Under the pieces are notes generated by a model. The model made no database searches. It was not told the origin of the DNA and worked only from the letters and a program-made list of their open reading frames with translations. A stretch of 58,328 nucleotides of DNA, from NCBI GenBank assembly GCA_963705165.1, contig CAVPJD010000021.1:1-58328 (forward strand). Reading direction: 5' to 3'. Positions 19,992-29,952 of the stretch are shown piece by piece (position 1 is the stretch's first letter; the number at the start of each line of letters is the position of its first letter). Both the position numbers and the translations under genes were made by a program. Source of the DNA: an uncultured delta proteobacterium (GTDB lineage Bacteria > Desulfobacterota > Syntrophia > Syntrophales > UBA2192).

Positions 19992-20457
19992 CTCTGTGGC
20001 CTATTAAAACCCTTTCCTTAGTCTTCCTCTCCCCATCGTGGGAGAGGATTAGAGGTGAGGGGGAATGCCCTCCTACCCTCTGGCCGGCAAACGGCTTGAA
20101 AAAATGCGAATACTCCCCCCGTCGCGGGCATCCCGCTTTTTGAGACGGCGAATATAGGGAATCGGGGTACTGATGAATGGAACCCAGGGCAAGGACAGCG
20201 GAGTAATCTCATCAGGTGGAACGAAAAGTAAACCGGAATGCCGGTCAATGCAATACGAACAGATAAACAGGAATTTATCAGGTCGAAACTGTAAAACAGG
20301 CCTTGATTTATGCCGCACCTGTAGCGATCGGCAAGGTTTCATCTTATCTTGCGCCAAATTTCGTGCTATTAATCATTTCAGGGTTGAAATGTTCCAATGT
20401 GTTGCCAATGGCTTTGCCGATACGCGATGTGTCGGATGGCCGGGAAAGGATAAGACC

Positions 20458-22212
20458 ATGTTTTCGATCCGTATCGCCGTAGCGGCGCTGTTTGCCGCAT
20501 GTCTCGTTACCGGCGCTCAAGCCGCCGAGAAGGCGAAGCCGGCCGGGGCGAAAGGTCCCGCGCAGGCCGAGGCCACCTACGACGACCCCCTGGGGCGAAG
20601 CACGCCGCAGGGCACAGTCCTCGGCTTCCTGAAGGCAATGAAACGCGAGGACTACGAGCGGGCCATCGATTACCTGGACACCCGGCAGACGGGAAAGCGC
20701 GCCGAGCAGCTCGCCCGCGAGTTGAACTACATCCTCAACGAGGGAATGTCGACCATAACGACTGCGCTCAGCATCAAGCCCGAGGGGAACCTCCAGGACA
20801 ACCTGCCCGACAACCGTGAGTATGTGGGCACGGTCAGGACGAAGAGAGGGGAATACAAGATCCTGCTCGAGCGCGTCCATAAGGAGAACAACCCCCCGAT
20901 CTGGCTCTTTTCCTCGGAAACCCTCAAGCTTGTGCCCCAGATCTATGAGGAAATCGACATCCCCTGGCTCGAGCGGCACCTGCCGGCGGCGATGACGGAA
21001 ACCCGCGTTGCCGGTCAACCGCTGTACCGGTGGGTCATTCCCCTTGCGGGGATTCCCCTTGCGCTTCTTCTCGCATGGCTCTTCACGAGACTGCTCTTTG
21101 CCCTGGTTCGCGAGCCGATGCGCAACCGCTTCGGCGAGGCGGTGATGATCAAGCTCAGAGGGATCAAACACCCCGTGATGCTTCTTTTTTTGGCAGGTGC
21201 GATTTACATCGTTTCCCTCGGCTCGGCCTCGCTCCTCGCCCGGCTGTTCTGGGCGTTTCTAGCCTCGACGACGGCTGTCATAGGCCTTACGTGGCTTTTC
21301 CTCTATTTGATCGATGTCGGTGCAGAGATCATCGAGGCGCGCAGGCCCGAGGCCGCCAATGCCGTCATCCGTCTATCGGCGACGCTGATGAAGGCCCTGG
21401 CCGTCGTCGTGGGGCTCGTGGTCATCTTTTATTACTTCGCGGGCATCAACCTCACGGCCGTGGTGGCCGGCCTCGGCATCGGCGGCATCGCCGTGGCCTT
21501 TGCCGCGCAGAAGACGATCGAGAACTTCTTCGGCGGGCTCTTCCTCGTCTGGGACAAACCCATCCGGCTGGGCGATTTCTGCAAGGCCGGCGAGCACCGG
21601 GGGAACGTCGAGCACATTGGCCTTCGGTCCACCCTGATCCGGACGCTGAACAGGACCGTCGTCTCCATCCCCAACGGCCAGCTGTCGGCGATCAGCATCG
21701 AAAACTTCGACATGCGCGACCGGTTCCTCTTCCGCCACACCTTGAATCTGCGCTATGAGACCACGGCGGACCAGCTCCGATATGTCCTGGCTCAGATCCG
21801 TGAGCTTCTCTACCAGCACCCCCGGGTGGATTCCGCGACGGCTCGCGCCCGCTTTATCGGCTTCGGTCAATCGTCGCTCGACGTGGAGGTCTTCGCCCAC
21901 GTGCTCGAGACGGTCAATGAGGTGTTTCTTGCCGTCCAGGAGGATCTCCTGCTGCGGATCATGGACCTCGTCGAGACGAGCGGAAGCGGATTCGCCTTCC
22001 CCTCGCAGACCCTCTACATGGCAAAGGACGGGGGGCTCGACGCGGAAAAGGGTCGCGCGGCCGCCGATGCCGTCGGCCACTGGAGGGATGAGGGCGAGCT
22101 GCCCTTCCCGGATCACAGATCTGCAAGGGTTTCACAGCTCGACGGAACGCTGGAATACCCGCCAAAGGGCTCAGTCCTGACCCCGAAGAAGGAAGGGAAC
22201 TTACCTGAATGA
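20458..22212 (+). CDS. MscS-family mechanosensitive channel with a large periplasmic domain
   Basis: Signal peptide, DPLGRSTPQGT, AGLGIGGIAVAFAAQKT, VEHIGLRST, FAFPSQTLY. Confidence 0.92.
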   Translation: MFSIRIAVAALFAACLVTGAQAAEKAKPAGAKGPAQAEATYDDPLGRSTPQGTVLGFLKAMKREDYERAIDYLDTRQTGKRAEQLARELNYILNEGMSTITTALSIKPEGNLQDNLPDNREYVGTVRTKRGEYKILLERVHKENNPPIWLFSSETLKLVPQIYEEIDIPWLERHLPAAMTETRVAGQPLYRWVIPLAGIPLALLLAWLFTRLLFALVREPMRNRFGEAVMIKLRGIKHPVMLLFLAGAIYIVSLGSASLLARLFWAFLASTTAVIGLTWLFLYLIDVGAEIIEARRPEAANAVIRLSATLMKALAVVVGLVVIFYYFAGINLTAVVAGLGIGGIAVAFAAQKTIENFFGGLFLVWDKPIRLGDFCKAGEHRGNVEHIGLRSTLIRTLNRTVVSIPNGQLSAISIENFDMRDRFLFRHTLNLRYETTADQLRYVLAQIRELLYQHPRVDSATARARFIGFGQSSLDVEVFAHVLETVNEVFLAVQEDLLLRIMDLVETSGSGFAFPSQTLYMAKDGGLDAEKGRAAADAVGHWRDEGELPFPDHRSARVSQLDGTLEYPPKGSVLTPKKEGNLPE

Positions 22213-22470
22213 AGAAGTGTCTGAGTGAGAAGAAGTGCTTGAGTGTCTGAGTGAAGAAGATGAAGGGACCGGGGACCAGGGTGTAGGGACCAGTGGAAGA
22301 GAAGAAAGGGACGAGGGACCAGGGTGTCGGGACAAGGTTCCGGATCCGGAATGTCCCAATACCCAATTCCCAATATCCCAATATCCGCCGCCGAAGGCGG
22401 AGTGACGGAACAGACGGGATAGACCGGATAGACCGGATAGACTAGATAGACCAGATGGACCAGATGGACC
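22211..22470. repeat. Composite tract of degenerate 7-9 bp tandem repeats
   Basis: GTGTCTGA/GTGCTTGA, GGGACCA, CCCAATA and TAGACCGGA units in succession. Confidence 0.8.
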
Positions 22471-23940
22471 AAAAAAGATCCGGCCGACACCTCGAGATCC
22501 TGCGACGCATCGCGCGCCGGGCGATGATCGAGCGGGGCTTCCTGCCCGATTTCTCCGCCCGGGTGAATAGCGAGCTGGCGGGACTGAAGGCGGATCCTGT
22601 TCCTTCTTCATGCAGCGTCCGCGACCTCCGGGATCTCCCCTGGTGCTCCATCGACAACGACGAATCGCGCGATCTCGACCAGCTTACCGTCGTCCGGGAG
22701 GGAGCAAAGGAGGCGGTGACGATCCTCGTTGCCATTGCCGATGTGGACATTGTGGTCCGCAAAGGCCAGGCCATCGACGATCACGCCAGCCACAACACGA
22801 CATCCATCTACACCCCCGCCCGGATTTTTTCCATGATCCCCGAGACGCTCTCGACGGGCCTCACCTCCCTCAACGACGGCGAGGACCGCGCGGCCGTCGT
22901 CGTCGAGATGGCCGTGGGCGGCGACGGCGCGCTTGACGGCTCCGACGTCTACCGGGCCCTGGTTCGCAACCGCGCAAAGCTTGCCTACAACGCCCTTGCG
23001 CCATGGCTGGAAGGGCAGGGGCCCGCCCCCGGGGCCTTGACGGCCGTGAAGGGCCTCGAGGAAAACCTTCGCGCCCAGGACCGCGTGGCCCAGATGCTCC
23101 GGAGCCGGCGCCAGGCCCACGGGGCACTCAACCTCGAAACGGTGGAGGCAAATCCCGTCTTCGAAGGCGACCAGGTGAAGTCCTACACGATCGAGCGAAA
23201 GAACCGGGCCAAGGAACTGATCGAGGATTTCATGATAGCGGCCAATGAAGTGGTCGCCCGCTATCTCGAATCCAGAAAGTTTCCCTCGATTCGCCGCGTG
23301 GTCCATGCCCCCAAGCGATGGGACCGCATCGTCGGCGTGGCCTCGGAGAAGGGCTGGACGCTTCCCGGCCAGCCCGACGCGAAGGCCCTGGAAGGGTTCC
23401 TGACGGCCCAGAAGGCCCGCGACCCGGAGCGTTTCCACGATCTCTCCCAGACCGTCATCAAGCTCATCGGCGCGGGGGAGTACATGGCCGATTTCCCCGG
23501 CAGGGAGGCCCCGGGACACTTCGGACTTGCCGTGAAGGACTACGCCCACTCCACAGCCCCCAACCGCCGCTTTCCCGACCTTGTCACGCAGCGGCTCGTG
23601 AAGGCCGCCATCGAGGGCCGGCCCATGCCATACGGCGACGAGGAGCTCGTTGTGCATCGCCCGCCACTGCACCCTCAAGGAAGACGACGCCAACAAGGTC
23701 GAGCGCCTCGTCCGCAAGTCTGCCTTCGCGCTGATGCTGGAGGCGCGCATCGGCGAGTCCTTCAATGCCATCGTCACCGGCGCCGCCCCCAAGGGCACCT
23801 GGGTGCGCATCAACGGCCAGCCCGTCGAGGGAAGGCTCGTCGAGGGCTTCGGCGGCCTCGACGTGGGCGATCGCCTGCGCGTAAAACTCATCCGCACCGA
23901 CGTCAACCAAGGCTTCATTGACTTCAGGCGCGTTGGCTGA
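22455..23940 (+). CDS. RNB-domain ribonuclease (RNase II/R family), frameshift near 23650
   Basis: SIDNDESRDLDQ, LIEDFMIAAN, HFGLA...HSTAPNRRFPDL. The C-terminal S1-like part is in the next frame. Confidence 0.88.
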
Positions 23941-23955
23941 TAGCGAGGCAAAAGG

Positions 23956-24118
23956 CAGCCGACAGCCGACAGCCGACAGCCAACAGATTCTCCCTGCTGC
24001 TATTTCTTATTCTTTCGACTGTAGACTGTAGGCTGTAGACTGTCGGCTTCGAAAGGCATGACCGGATAGACCTTTTTCCCTGACGAAACAAACGAAAAAA
24101 ACGAAACGAACGAAATAA
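23956..24118. repeat. Degenerate heptamer and nonamer tandem repeats
   Basis: CAGCCGA x3, CTGTAGA x3 and ACGAAACAA-like units. Confidence 0.75.
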
Positions 24119-24185
24119 AGGATCTGTACGTGCGATTCGTCCACCATGAACCATGACCTGCAAACTTGAACGATGGAGGCCGAAG

Positions 24186-24545
24186 ATGTCTTGCAAAAAC
24201 TTTCTGGGCGGAGTCATCGCGGGGCTGGCGATCGGAAGTATCGTCGGGCTTCTTATCTGGCGAAGGACAGGTGCCGCTGAAGGCAAATCGAAGGACGATC
24301 TGACGGAGATCGATGGGATCGGCCCCAAGATCGCCGGGCTGCTGGCCGCAAGCGGCATCGGGTCCTTCTCACGGCTGGCGAAGAGCCGCCTCGAGGATCT
24401 GCAGCGCATCCTCGAGGCGGGCGGGCCGCACTTCCGGCTTGCAGACCCCGCATCCTGGCCCGAACAGGCAAAGCTTGCGGCGGTTTCCGATTGGGTGGGG
24501 CTGCGGGATCTGCAGGGTCAGCTGCGAGGAGGCCGAAAGGTGTGA
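24186..24545 (+). CDS. Membrane-anchored helix-hairpin-helix protein (DUF4332-like)
   Basis: SD GGAGG, N-terminal TM, DDLTEIDGIGPKIAGLL...WPEQAKLAA...LRGGR. Confidence 0.75.
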   Translation: MSCKNFLGGVIAGLAIGSIVGLLIWRRTGAAEGKSKDDLTEIDGIGPKIAGLLAASGIGSFSRLAKSRLEDLQRILEAGGPHFRLADPASWPEQAKLAAVSDWVGLRDLQGQLRGGRKV

Positions 24546-24603
24546 CGCCGCAGCGTCGAGATCGCCCTTGTCTTTGCCCGTTGCCGTCTGTTACCCTGTC
24601 AAT

Positions 24604-25323
24604 ATGAGATTTTCGAAAATCCTCAAGGCCACCCTGGCCCTTGCCCTGATCTTGTTTTTGGTTTTTGCCTGGTACCGTTTGAATTTCTCGGCCCTCTTCG
24701 AGCCCGCGCGCATCGAGGCGCTTTTGGAGGAGATCGGGCCCTTCGCCCCGCTCATTTACATGGCCCTCATGGCGGCCACCGCCGTCATCATCCCCATCCC
24801 GGGCCCCCCGCTTTTTGTGATCGCCGGCGCGATCTTCGGGCCCGTCCTCGGCACGGTCTACGCCGTGGCCGGCTCCGTGGCCGGGGCGGTCATCGCGTTT
24901 CTCCTGGCCCGGTTCCTGGGGAGGGATTTCGTCGAGTCGCTGGTGGGCAAACAGGTCGTGATCTGCTGCGAGTGCTCCGAGGGGCTCCTGACGAAGATCA
25001 TCTTCTTTTCGAGGCTCCTGCCCCTGGTCTCCTTCGACGTGGTGAGCTACGGCGCGGGGCTCACCCGGATGAGCCTGCGCAACTTCGCCCTGGCCACGCT
25101 TCTCGGGTCGATCCCCATGACCTTCATCTACCACTCCTTCGGCTCCGTCCTCGCGTTCAGCTCGACGACGGCCCTCGTCCTGGGGCTTGCGATCGTCGCG
25201 GTCCTGTTCGCCCTGCCGTACCTGGCTGATCGCTGGGATATCAAGAGATTCCGGCCCCGGCTCGTCGCCCGCAACGGCGAGGACCCCTGTGATCCTCCTG
25301 ACGAGAAGGACCAGACCGGATAG
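24604..25323 (+). CDS. TVP38/TMEM64 (DedA/VTT) membrane protein
   Basis: AGAIFGPVLGT, SRLLPLVSFDVVSYGAGLT. Confidence 0.88.
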   Translation: MRFSKILKATLALALILFLVFAWYRLNFSALFEPARIEALLEEIGPFAPLIYMALMAATAVIIPIPGPPLFVIAGAIFGPVLGTVYAVAGSVAGAVIAFLLARFLGRDFVESLVGKQVVICCECSEGLLTKIIFFSRLLPLVSFDVVSYGAGLTRMSLRNFALATLLGSIPMTFIYHSFGSVLAFSSTTALVLGLAIVAVLFALPYLADRWDIKRFRPRLVARNGEDPCDPPDEKDQTG

Positions 25324-25368
25324 ACGGAATAGACGGAATAGACGGAACAGACCAGACGGAGGTGCCCC

Positions 25369-26037
25369 ATGAAGGTATTCATCGTTTACGCCCACCCGGA
25401 ACCCAAAAGCTTCAATGGCTCGCTGTTTCGGACGGCGCAGGACGTGCTCCGGCAAGCCGGCCACGAGGTGCAGGTCTCCGATCTCTACGCCATGGGCTTC
25501 AACCCCGTCGTGAGCCGGAAGAACTATACCACCGTCAAGGACCCCGATTATTTCAAGCCCCAGATCGAGGACATGCACGCAACCGAGGCGGGCGGCTTCG
25601 CCCCGGACATCGAGGATGAGATCCGCAAAATGGAGTGGTGCGACCTCATGCTCTGGCAGCATCCCCTCTGGTGGTTCGGGCTGCCCGCCATCCTGAAAGG
25701 CTGGGTGGACCGGGTTTTTGCCATGGGAAGGACTTACGGCGGGGGCCGTCTCTATGAAAACGGCTTATTCAAGGGCAAGCGGGCCATGCTGTCGCTCACG
25801 ACGGGCGGCCCGGCCGAGGCCTATGCCAAGGGCGGCTTCAACGGCGACATCCACGCCGTGCTGCGGCCCATCCATCGGGGGATTTTGCAATTCACCGGTT
25901 TCAACGTGCTGGCGCCCCACATCATTTTCGCACCCGTGAGGCTCAGGGATGACCAGAGGAAGGACATCCTGGAGGGCTACGGCCGCCGCCTGCGGCAGAT
26001 CCACACGGAAGGCCCCATCGAAGTCGGCGAGTATTAG
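25369..26037 (+). CDS. NAD(P)H:quinone oxidoreductase, flavodoxin-2 fold
   Basis: VYAHPEPKSFN, SDLYAMGF, PLWWFGLPAILKGWVDRV. Confidence 0.92.
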   Translation: MKVFIVYAHPEPKSFNGSLFRTAQDVLRQAGHEVQVSDLYAMGFNPVVSRKNYTTVKDPDYFKPQIEDMHATEAGGFAPDIEDEIRKMEWCDLMLWQHPLWWFGLPAILKGWVDRVFAMGRTYGGGRLYENGLFKGKRAMLSLTTGGPAEAYAKGGFNGDIHAVLRPIHRGILQFTGFNVLAPHIIFAPVRLRDDQRKDILEGYGRRLRQIHTEGPIEVGEY

Positions 26038-26187
26038 AACGGGTTAGTGAAATGCTTGCGATGTAGCTTCTTTTACATAGCGCGTAGCACTTCTTCGCTG
26101 TCACTGCCGCTCAGAGAGCTGCATAACAATCACAAAGAGTCTTTGCGCCGAAGGCAGATTCCGCATGCCGTTGGGCATGCAGCCTGT

Positions 26188-27540
26188 TTACAGCGGCGTG
26201 AAATACAAATTTCCTGCCACGGCGTCCTTCTCTAGACCAAGAGTCCCCCGAAATACAATAGTCCAATAGCCGGGATAATCAGCCAGGCAATCATAGCAAT
26301 CAAGGTACATTTTCAAAGAAGAGCCATCCCGGGGTGCAAGAGAGCCCACGGGGGCCTGTCCAATCCTTTTCCATGACCCAGAACCGGTGCTTGCGTAGAT
26401 CTCCATTGTGCCGTTAGTCATCATTTCATCAGACCAGTTATGGATATAACTGAATGTTCCCCCGTCATCCCCGCCGTACATCGCGCCAAGATTTGCCCTG
26501 AAGAAATAACGGGGTATCATGGCTGCGTAATTGACAGCCTTCGGAAGGAGCAGTTTTGCGTAATCCTCATGGCACAGATCATCGAGCGCGTAAAACCTTC
26601 CTACGGAAGGATCGGGCCAGTGCGGTGTGGCCGATAAAAAATGCTCGATCTGCTGGCCCGCTGTATATTTTTTCAGGTACCACTCCGTGCTGCTCGGCTC
26701 AGTGCAGGCCAGTGCCGGATGATCGTAAGAAAAGATCGTCCCTTTGGAAAGAAAATTGGCGTTTGAATATTCTGCGATCCCGATCGCAGGTGATGTGGTG
26801 ATTTCGGGGTTTGCTCCCGTGTATTGGTCTGTGTCGAAGAGCCCGGCGATCTTCACCGGGGCCATAGGATTTCCGGGAAGGTCGAATATCGGCTGCAGAT
26901 CACTCAAATTCGAAGTGTTGGAAATGTACCCCATTGCCTTCGGAATGTTATCTTTTACCCACTTCTCCAAGCTGAAAAATAAGTGAGTGTCGTTTCTTGT
27001 GTGATCGGGCGCGGCGGCATCCTCGACCAGGTGCATGATATGCCCGAGAGCCTGGAACATCTGGATGTAAGCCCATTGCCTTTCTATGTCACTGCGTGCC
27101 GACATGGCCTCGTAGTAATACTGCCGGGCATTTTTCCAGGAGTATGACTGCTGCCCCAGCGGGGTCTGTGACCAGAGGAGCGACGACTTCCAGGAGAGGC
27201 CCATAGCGCTGAGTCCCGCCTTGTTCCAGGGCTTGAGGGGGTCATGAAAGTGATAGAACGAACGGGTGACGGGGGTGTCTTCATTGGCTGCGCCGTATCG
27301 AATCCAGTCACGGACCCGGTCTTGAGTGATCGCGGGGAAAACCGGCTTCGGAGCAGACCATAAGAAATGCCAGCAATGCAAATAACCATAAGTTCCATTA
27401 AATCCTGAGACAGGATCCCCGACTGCGGCTTCAGTAAGTAATTTGTGAGTCTCAGCCTCCCAGCATTCCCCCCTAGGGGTGTAAAATGAGAAAAGAGCCA
27501 ACGCAGTAAGTCCACAGAGGATAACTTTCCTCAATAGCAT
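26188..27540 (-). CDS. Secreted protein with a Zn phospholipase C/P1-nuclease-like fold
   Basis: Signal peptide followed by W-x4-H (WEAETH), YHFHDP, LGHIMHLVED and PDHTRND-H...E metal-ligand pattern. Confidence 0.6.
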   Translation of the reverse strand: MLLRKVILCGLTALALFSFYTPRGECWEAETHKLLTEAAVGDPVSGFNGTYGYLHCWHFLWSAPKPVFPAITQDRVRDWIRYGAANEDTPVTRSFYHFHDPLKPWNKAGLSAMGLSWKSSLLWSQTPLGQQSYSWKNARQYYYEAMSARSDIERQWAYIQMFQALGHIMHLVEDAAAPDHTRNDTHLFFSLEKWVKDNIPKAMGYISNTSNLSDLQPIFDLPGNPMAPVKIAGLFDTDQYTGANPEITTSPAIGIAEYSNANFLSKGTIFSYDHPALACTEPSSTEWYLKKYTAGQQIEHFLSATPHWPDPSVGRFYALDDLCHEDYAKLLLPKAVNYAAMIPRYFFRANLGAMYGGDDGGTFSYIHNWSDEMMTNGTMEIYASTGSGSWKRIGQAPVGSLAPRDGSSLKMYLDCYDCLADYPGYWTIVFRGTLGLEKDAVAGNLYFTPL

Positions 27541-27552
27541 GATTCCCTCCTC

Positions 27553-28320
27553 TCACTTGAAACCGAGCCCGTTGATCCGCCAGGCGCCGTCGGGTTCCAG
27601 GTAGAAAATCATCGTTCCGATGTAGTCTCGATTGTTTATTGTGATGGTGAAATTGAATTCAGCCTCTCCCATATAGATCCTGTAGCAGGACAAATTCCGC
27701 GCTGACTGATAAGCGGCGGACAGCTTATCTATGCCGACCTTTTCGTACGAAGCCCTGTATTTAGCTCGGCGTTCCTCTCGAAAGTAGAGCAGTGCACCGT
27801 TGAGATCGCGCTTGACCATCCTGTCGACGAACCCTGCCCATAAGCCTTCCAGGTTCGTACTGGCCTTGACCACGAGATAAACGATTGGCGAGCTTCTTTG
27901 CACGCCGCCGTAGTACGCGGACACCTGGTATTTGATTGTGCGGGGCTGGGTTTCGCTGGATATCAGGACATTGACAAAAATATTATCATTCGCGACGGCA
28001 TCGCCGTGAGTGCCGTCATCGTAGAGGTAGTCGATGAATGTCTGTTTGCCATTATCATCTATGTAATAGAGACTGACGCTTGATGGAGCGAGGCCGGGAT
28101 CACTGGCGAGTGTGGCAACTGCCCTGATTTTTGCGGGCAAGCCCGCATAGATATATGAAGGGCTCAGGTCCAATGTCATGCTTGATGAGGGTGGGGCGCC
28201 CTCGGATAACAGCGGAAACCACGCCACGATGATCGCGGTAGCCAAGGCGATGCACAAAGCCCTAACCAGACATGCTGCAGAGTCACGGCTATCTAAGCTC
28301 TCTTTCTTTAAATTACCCAT
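27553..28320 (-). CDS. Exported protein with a choice-of-anchor X-like domain
   Basis: Hydrophobic signal/TM, LYDDGTHGDAVANDNIF motif, C-terminal NTF2-like end (DGAWRI). Confidence 0.6.
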   Translation of the reverse strand: MGNLKKESLDSRDSAACLVRALCIALATAIIVAWFPLLSEGAPPSSSMTLDLSPSYIYAGLPAKIRAVATLASDPGLAPSSVSLYYIDDNGKQTFIDYLYDDGTHGDAVANDNIFVNVLISSETQPRTIKYQVSAYYGGVQRSSPIVYLVVKASTNLEGLWAGFVDRMVKRDLNGALLYFREERRAKYRASYEKVGIDKLSAAYQSARNLSCYRIYMGEAEFNFTITINNRDYIGTMIFYLEPDGAWRINGLGFK

Positions 28321-28397
28321 TTGATCCCCCCATAGGCGTGTTTGTTATTGGATAAACGCACTTCCAAAGGGCTTTCTACGCCCCGGGTTGGCCCGAA

Positions 28398-29069
28398 TCA
28401 GCCGCCAGCTCTTCCCCTCACTCCAGCCAACACAACGAGACCGAGGCCCATCAGAAGCATGGAGGTGGGTTCTGGAACTGCCTCCGCTGTCGTCCCTCGC
28501 ACTTCAAATGCCGGTGTCGAGCCGTATCCATAGGCCCAATCTGTGTATAGACCGTTTTTATAGGCGATTTCCCCGTCCAGGAATGTATCCGTATCGAGCC
28601 ACGTCAGATAAATATTGAGGAGTTCATCCGAGGACATGACCAGCCAGTATTTTTCACCGGCCATTAGCTCCGGATGCAGTAATGACGATGCGGAATAAAC
28701 CGCCGGTGTGTCGGTCATGCCGGTGAATGAAAACGTTTCCAATGCAGCGCCGGGTGAGCTTGAACCGGAATCACAGGCGAGGGAGACAGTGAACTGAGTA
28801 CTGACAGAAGTGGAATCGAGCAGGGCGGCGACATCGAATGAATCGAATGTGAAGCTTTGGGATGGAGTGAAAGAGACGGCAGCCTCCATCTTTTGTGTTT
28901 CGTCGATAATAACAAACAGGGTGCCAACAGGCCAACCAGACGCAGTATTGTAAGATTGACCCGGGCCGAAAGTGCCATAAACGATTTCCGAGGCGATGGC
29001 TGGCGATGTAAACAAGACTCCTAGAAGACTGAACGACAGCGCCAGAAGGCTCACCGGCCTCGCTTTCAT
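28398..29069 (-). CDS. PEP-CTERM sorted surface protein
   Basis: Signal peptide and C-terminal VPEPTSMLLMGLGLVVLAGVRGR. Confidence 0.88.
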   Translation of the reverse strand: MKARPVSLLALSFSLLGVLFTSPAIASEIVYGTFGPGQSYNTASGWPVGTLFVIIDETQKMEAAVSFTPSQSFTFDSFDVAALLDSTSVSTQFTVSLACDSGSSSPGAALETFSFTGMTDTPAVYSASSLLHPELMAGEKYWLVMSSDELLNIYLTWLDTDTFLDGEIAYKNGLYTDWAYGYGSTPAFEVRGTTAEAVPEPTSMLLMGLGLVVLAGVRGRAGG

Positions 29070-29346
29070 AATCCCCCCCTCTTTTGCGTCGATAAATGAA
29101 AAATTTATGCTATGGTTATCTAGAGGGAAATAGAAGCGTAAAGTGCCGCTGATGTCAATAATGGCAAAGCATGATTTTGTATACGAAAATAGTATTAGCC
29201 CGGCCTAATGCTCCGCTATCACTCATTCACTAGTTGTTTCGTTCCTTTTTTTCACTCTGGACACGGGCAACTGCCGCGTTGCGGCAAAGCCGAACCGATG
29301 GAATAGACGGGATATTAGGGATAGACCGGATAGCGTCATGGAAGTG

Positions 29347-29384
29347 AAAAAAGGCCCCTGGCGATTTCTCGGCAGGGGCCTTTT
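29347..29384 (-). terminator. Intrinsic terminator of the small-peptide operon
   Basis: Minus strand AAAAGGCCCCTG-loop-CAGGGGCC-TTTTTT. Confidence 0.8.
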
Positions 29385-29448
29385 CCTTTTGTATTTTTGG
29401 TGCTCAATGAAGCCCCGCTGCCGGCAGCGAGACCTCGTGAACAACCCC

Positions 29449-29559
29449 TTACATCACTCCCAGCATCTTCGCCACAAACCCCGTCGTCGTGACAAAGAGA
29501 ACAACCCAGATCGCGCGAAAAACCCACCTGTCCACAACTACCTTTGCATGCTTCGTCAT
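29449..29559 (-). CDS. 36-aa single-TM peptide MTKHAKVVVDRWVFRAIWVVLFVTTTGFVAKMLGVM
   Basis: SD GAGGTG overlapping the stop of the upstream peptide ORF. One hydrophobic helix. Confidence 0.65.
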   Translation of the reverse strand: MTKHAKVVVDRWVFRAIWVVLFVTTTGFVAKMLGVM

Positions 29560-29563
29560 TGCA

Positions 29564-29650
29564 TCACCTCTTTGCGGCAAACACCGGATAGCACATGGGG
29601 TCCGCCCAGAATTGCTTGTCTTTCCTGATTTCTTTCGTCGTCTTTTTCAT
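29564..29650 (-). CDS. 28-aa WxDPM peptide MKKTTKEIRKDKQFWADPMCYPVFAAKR
   Basis: Perfect SD AAGGAGG. Paralogous motif shared with neighbours. Confidence 0.8.
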   Translation of the reverse strand: MKKTTKEIRKDKQFWADPMCYPVFAAKR

Positions 29651-29681
29651 GTCACTGCCTCCTTGATGGCTGTGGTTGTCT

Positions 29682-29789
29682 TTATCGGTCCGTCTTGATC
29701 CCGAATTCCGGGAAGCACATGGGGTCGTACCAGATGCCTCCACGCCGAAGTGGCTTGATCCCTTTTTCTATTTTCTCTGCCTTTTTCAT
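29682..29789 (-). CDS. 35-aa WxDPM peptide MKKAEKIEKGIKPLRRGGIWYDPMCFPEFGIKTDR
   Basis: SD GAGGTG. Paralogous motif. Confidence 0.8.
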   Translation of the reverse strand: MKKAEKIEKGIKPLRRGGIWYDPMCFPEFGIKTDR

Positions 29790-29823
29790 GTCGGCACCTC
29801 GCTTCGACACTTGTGTTTTCTCC

Positions 29824-29916
29824 CTACCGGCCGCGTTTCGGTGTGAACGTGGGGAAGCTCATCGGGTCGGTCCAGTACTTCCTGTCGGTCTTCACGTTCC
29901 TGGCTTTTTCTTTCAT
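29824..29916 (-). CDS. 30-aa WxDPM peptide MKEKARNVKTDRKYWTDPMSFPTFTPKRGR
   Basis: SD AAGGAG. Paralogous motif. Confidence 0.8.
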   Translation of the reverse strand: MKEKARNVKTDRKYWTDPMSFPTFTPKRGR

Positions 29917-29952
29917 GGTCGCATCTCCTTGCGTGGTTTTTGGTCACCGGGG

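Noticed and set aside
20173..20457. 95-aa N-terminal extension of MscS
   Set aside because: AT-rich promoter-like DNA. The signal peptide begins at ATG 20458.
22211..22470. CRISPR array
   Set aside because: Units are 7-9 bp contiguous degenerate repeats with no unique spacers, and no cas genes are present. The same holds for 57056-57118.
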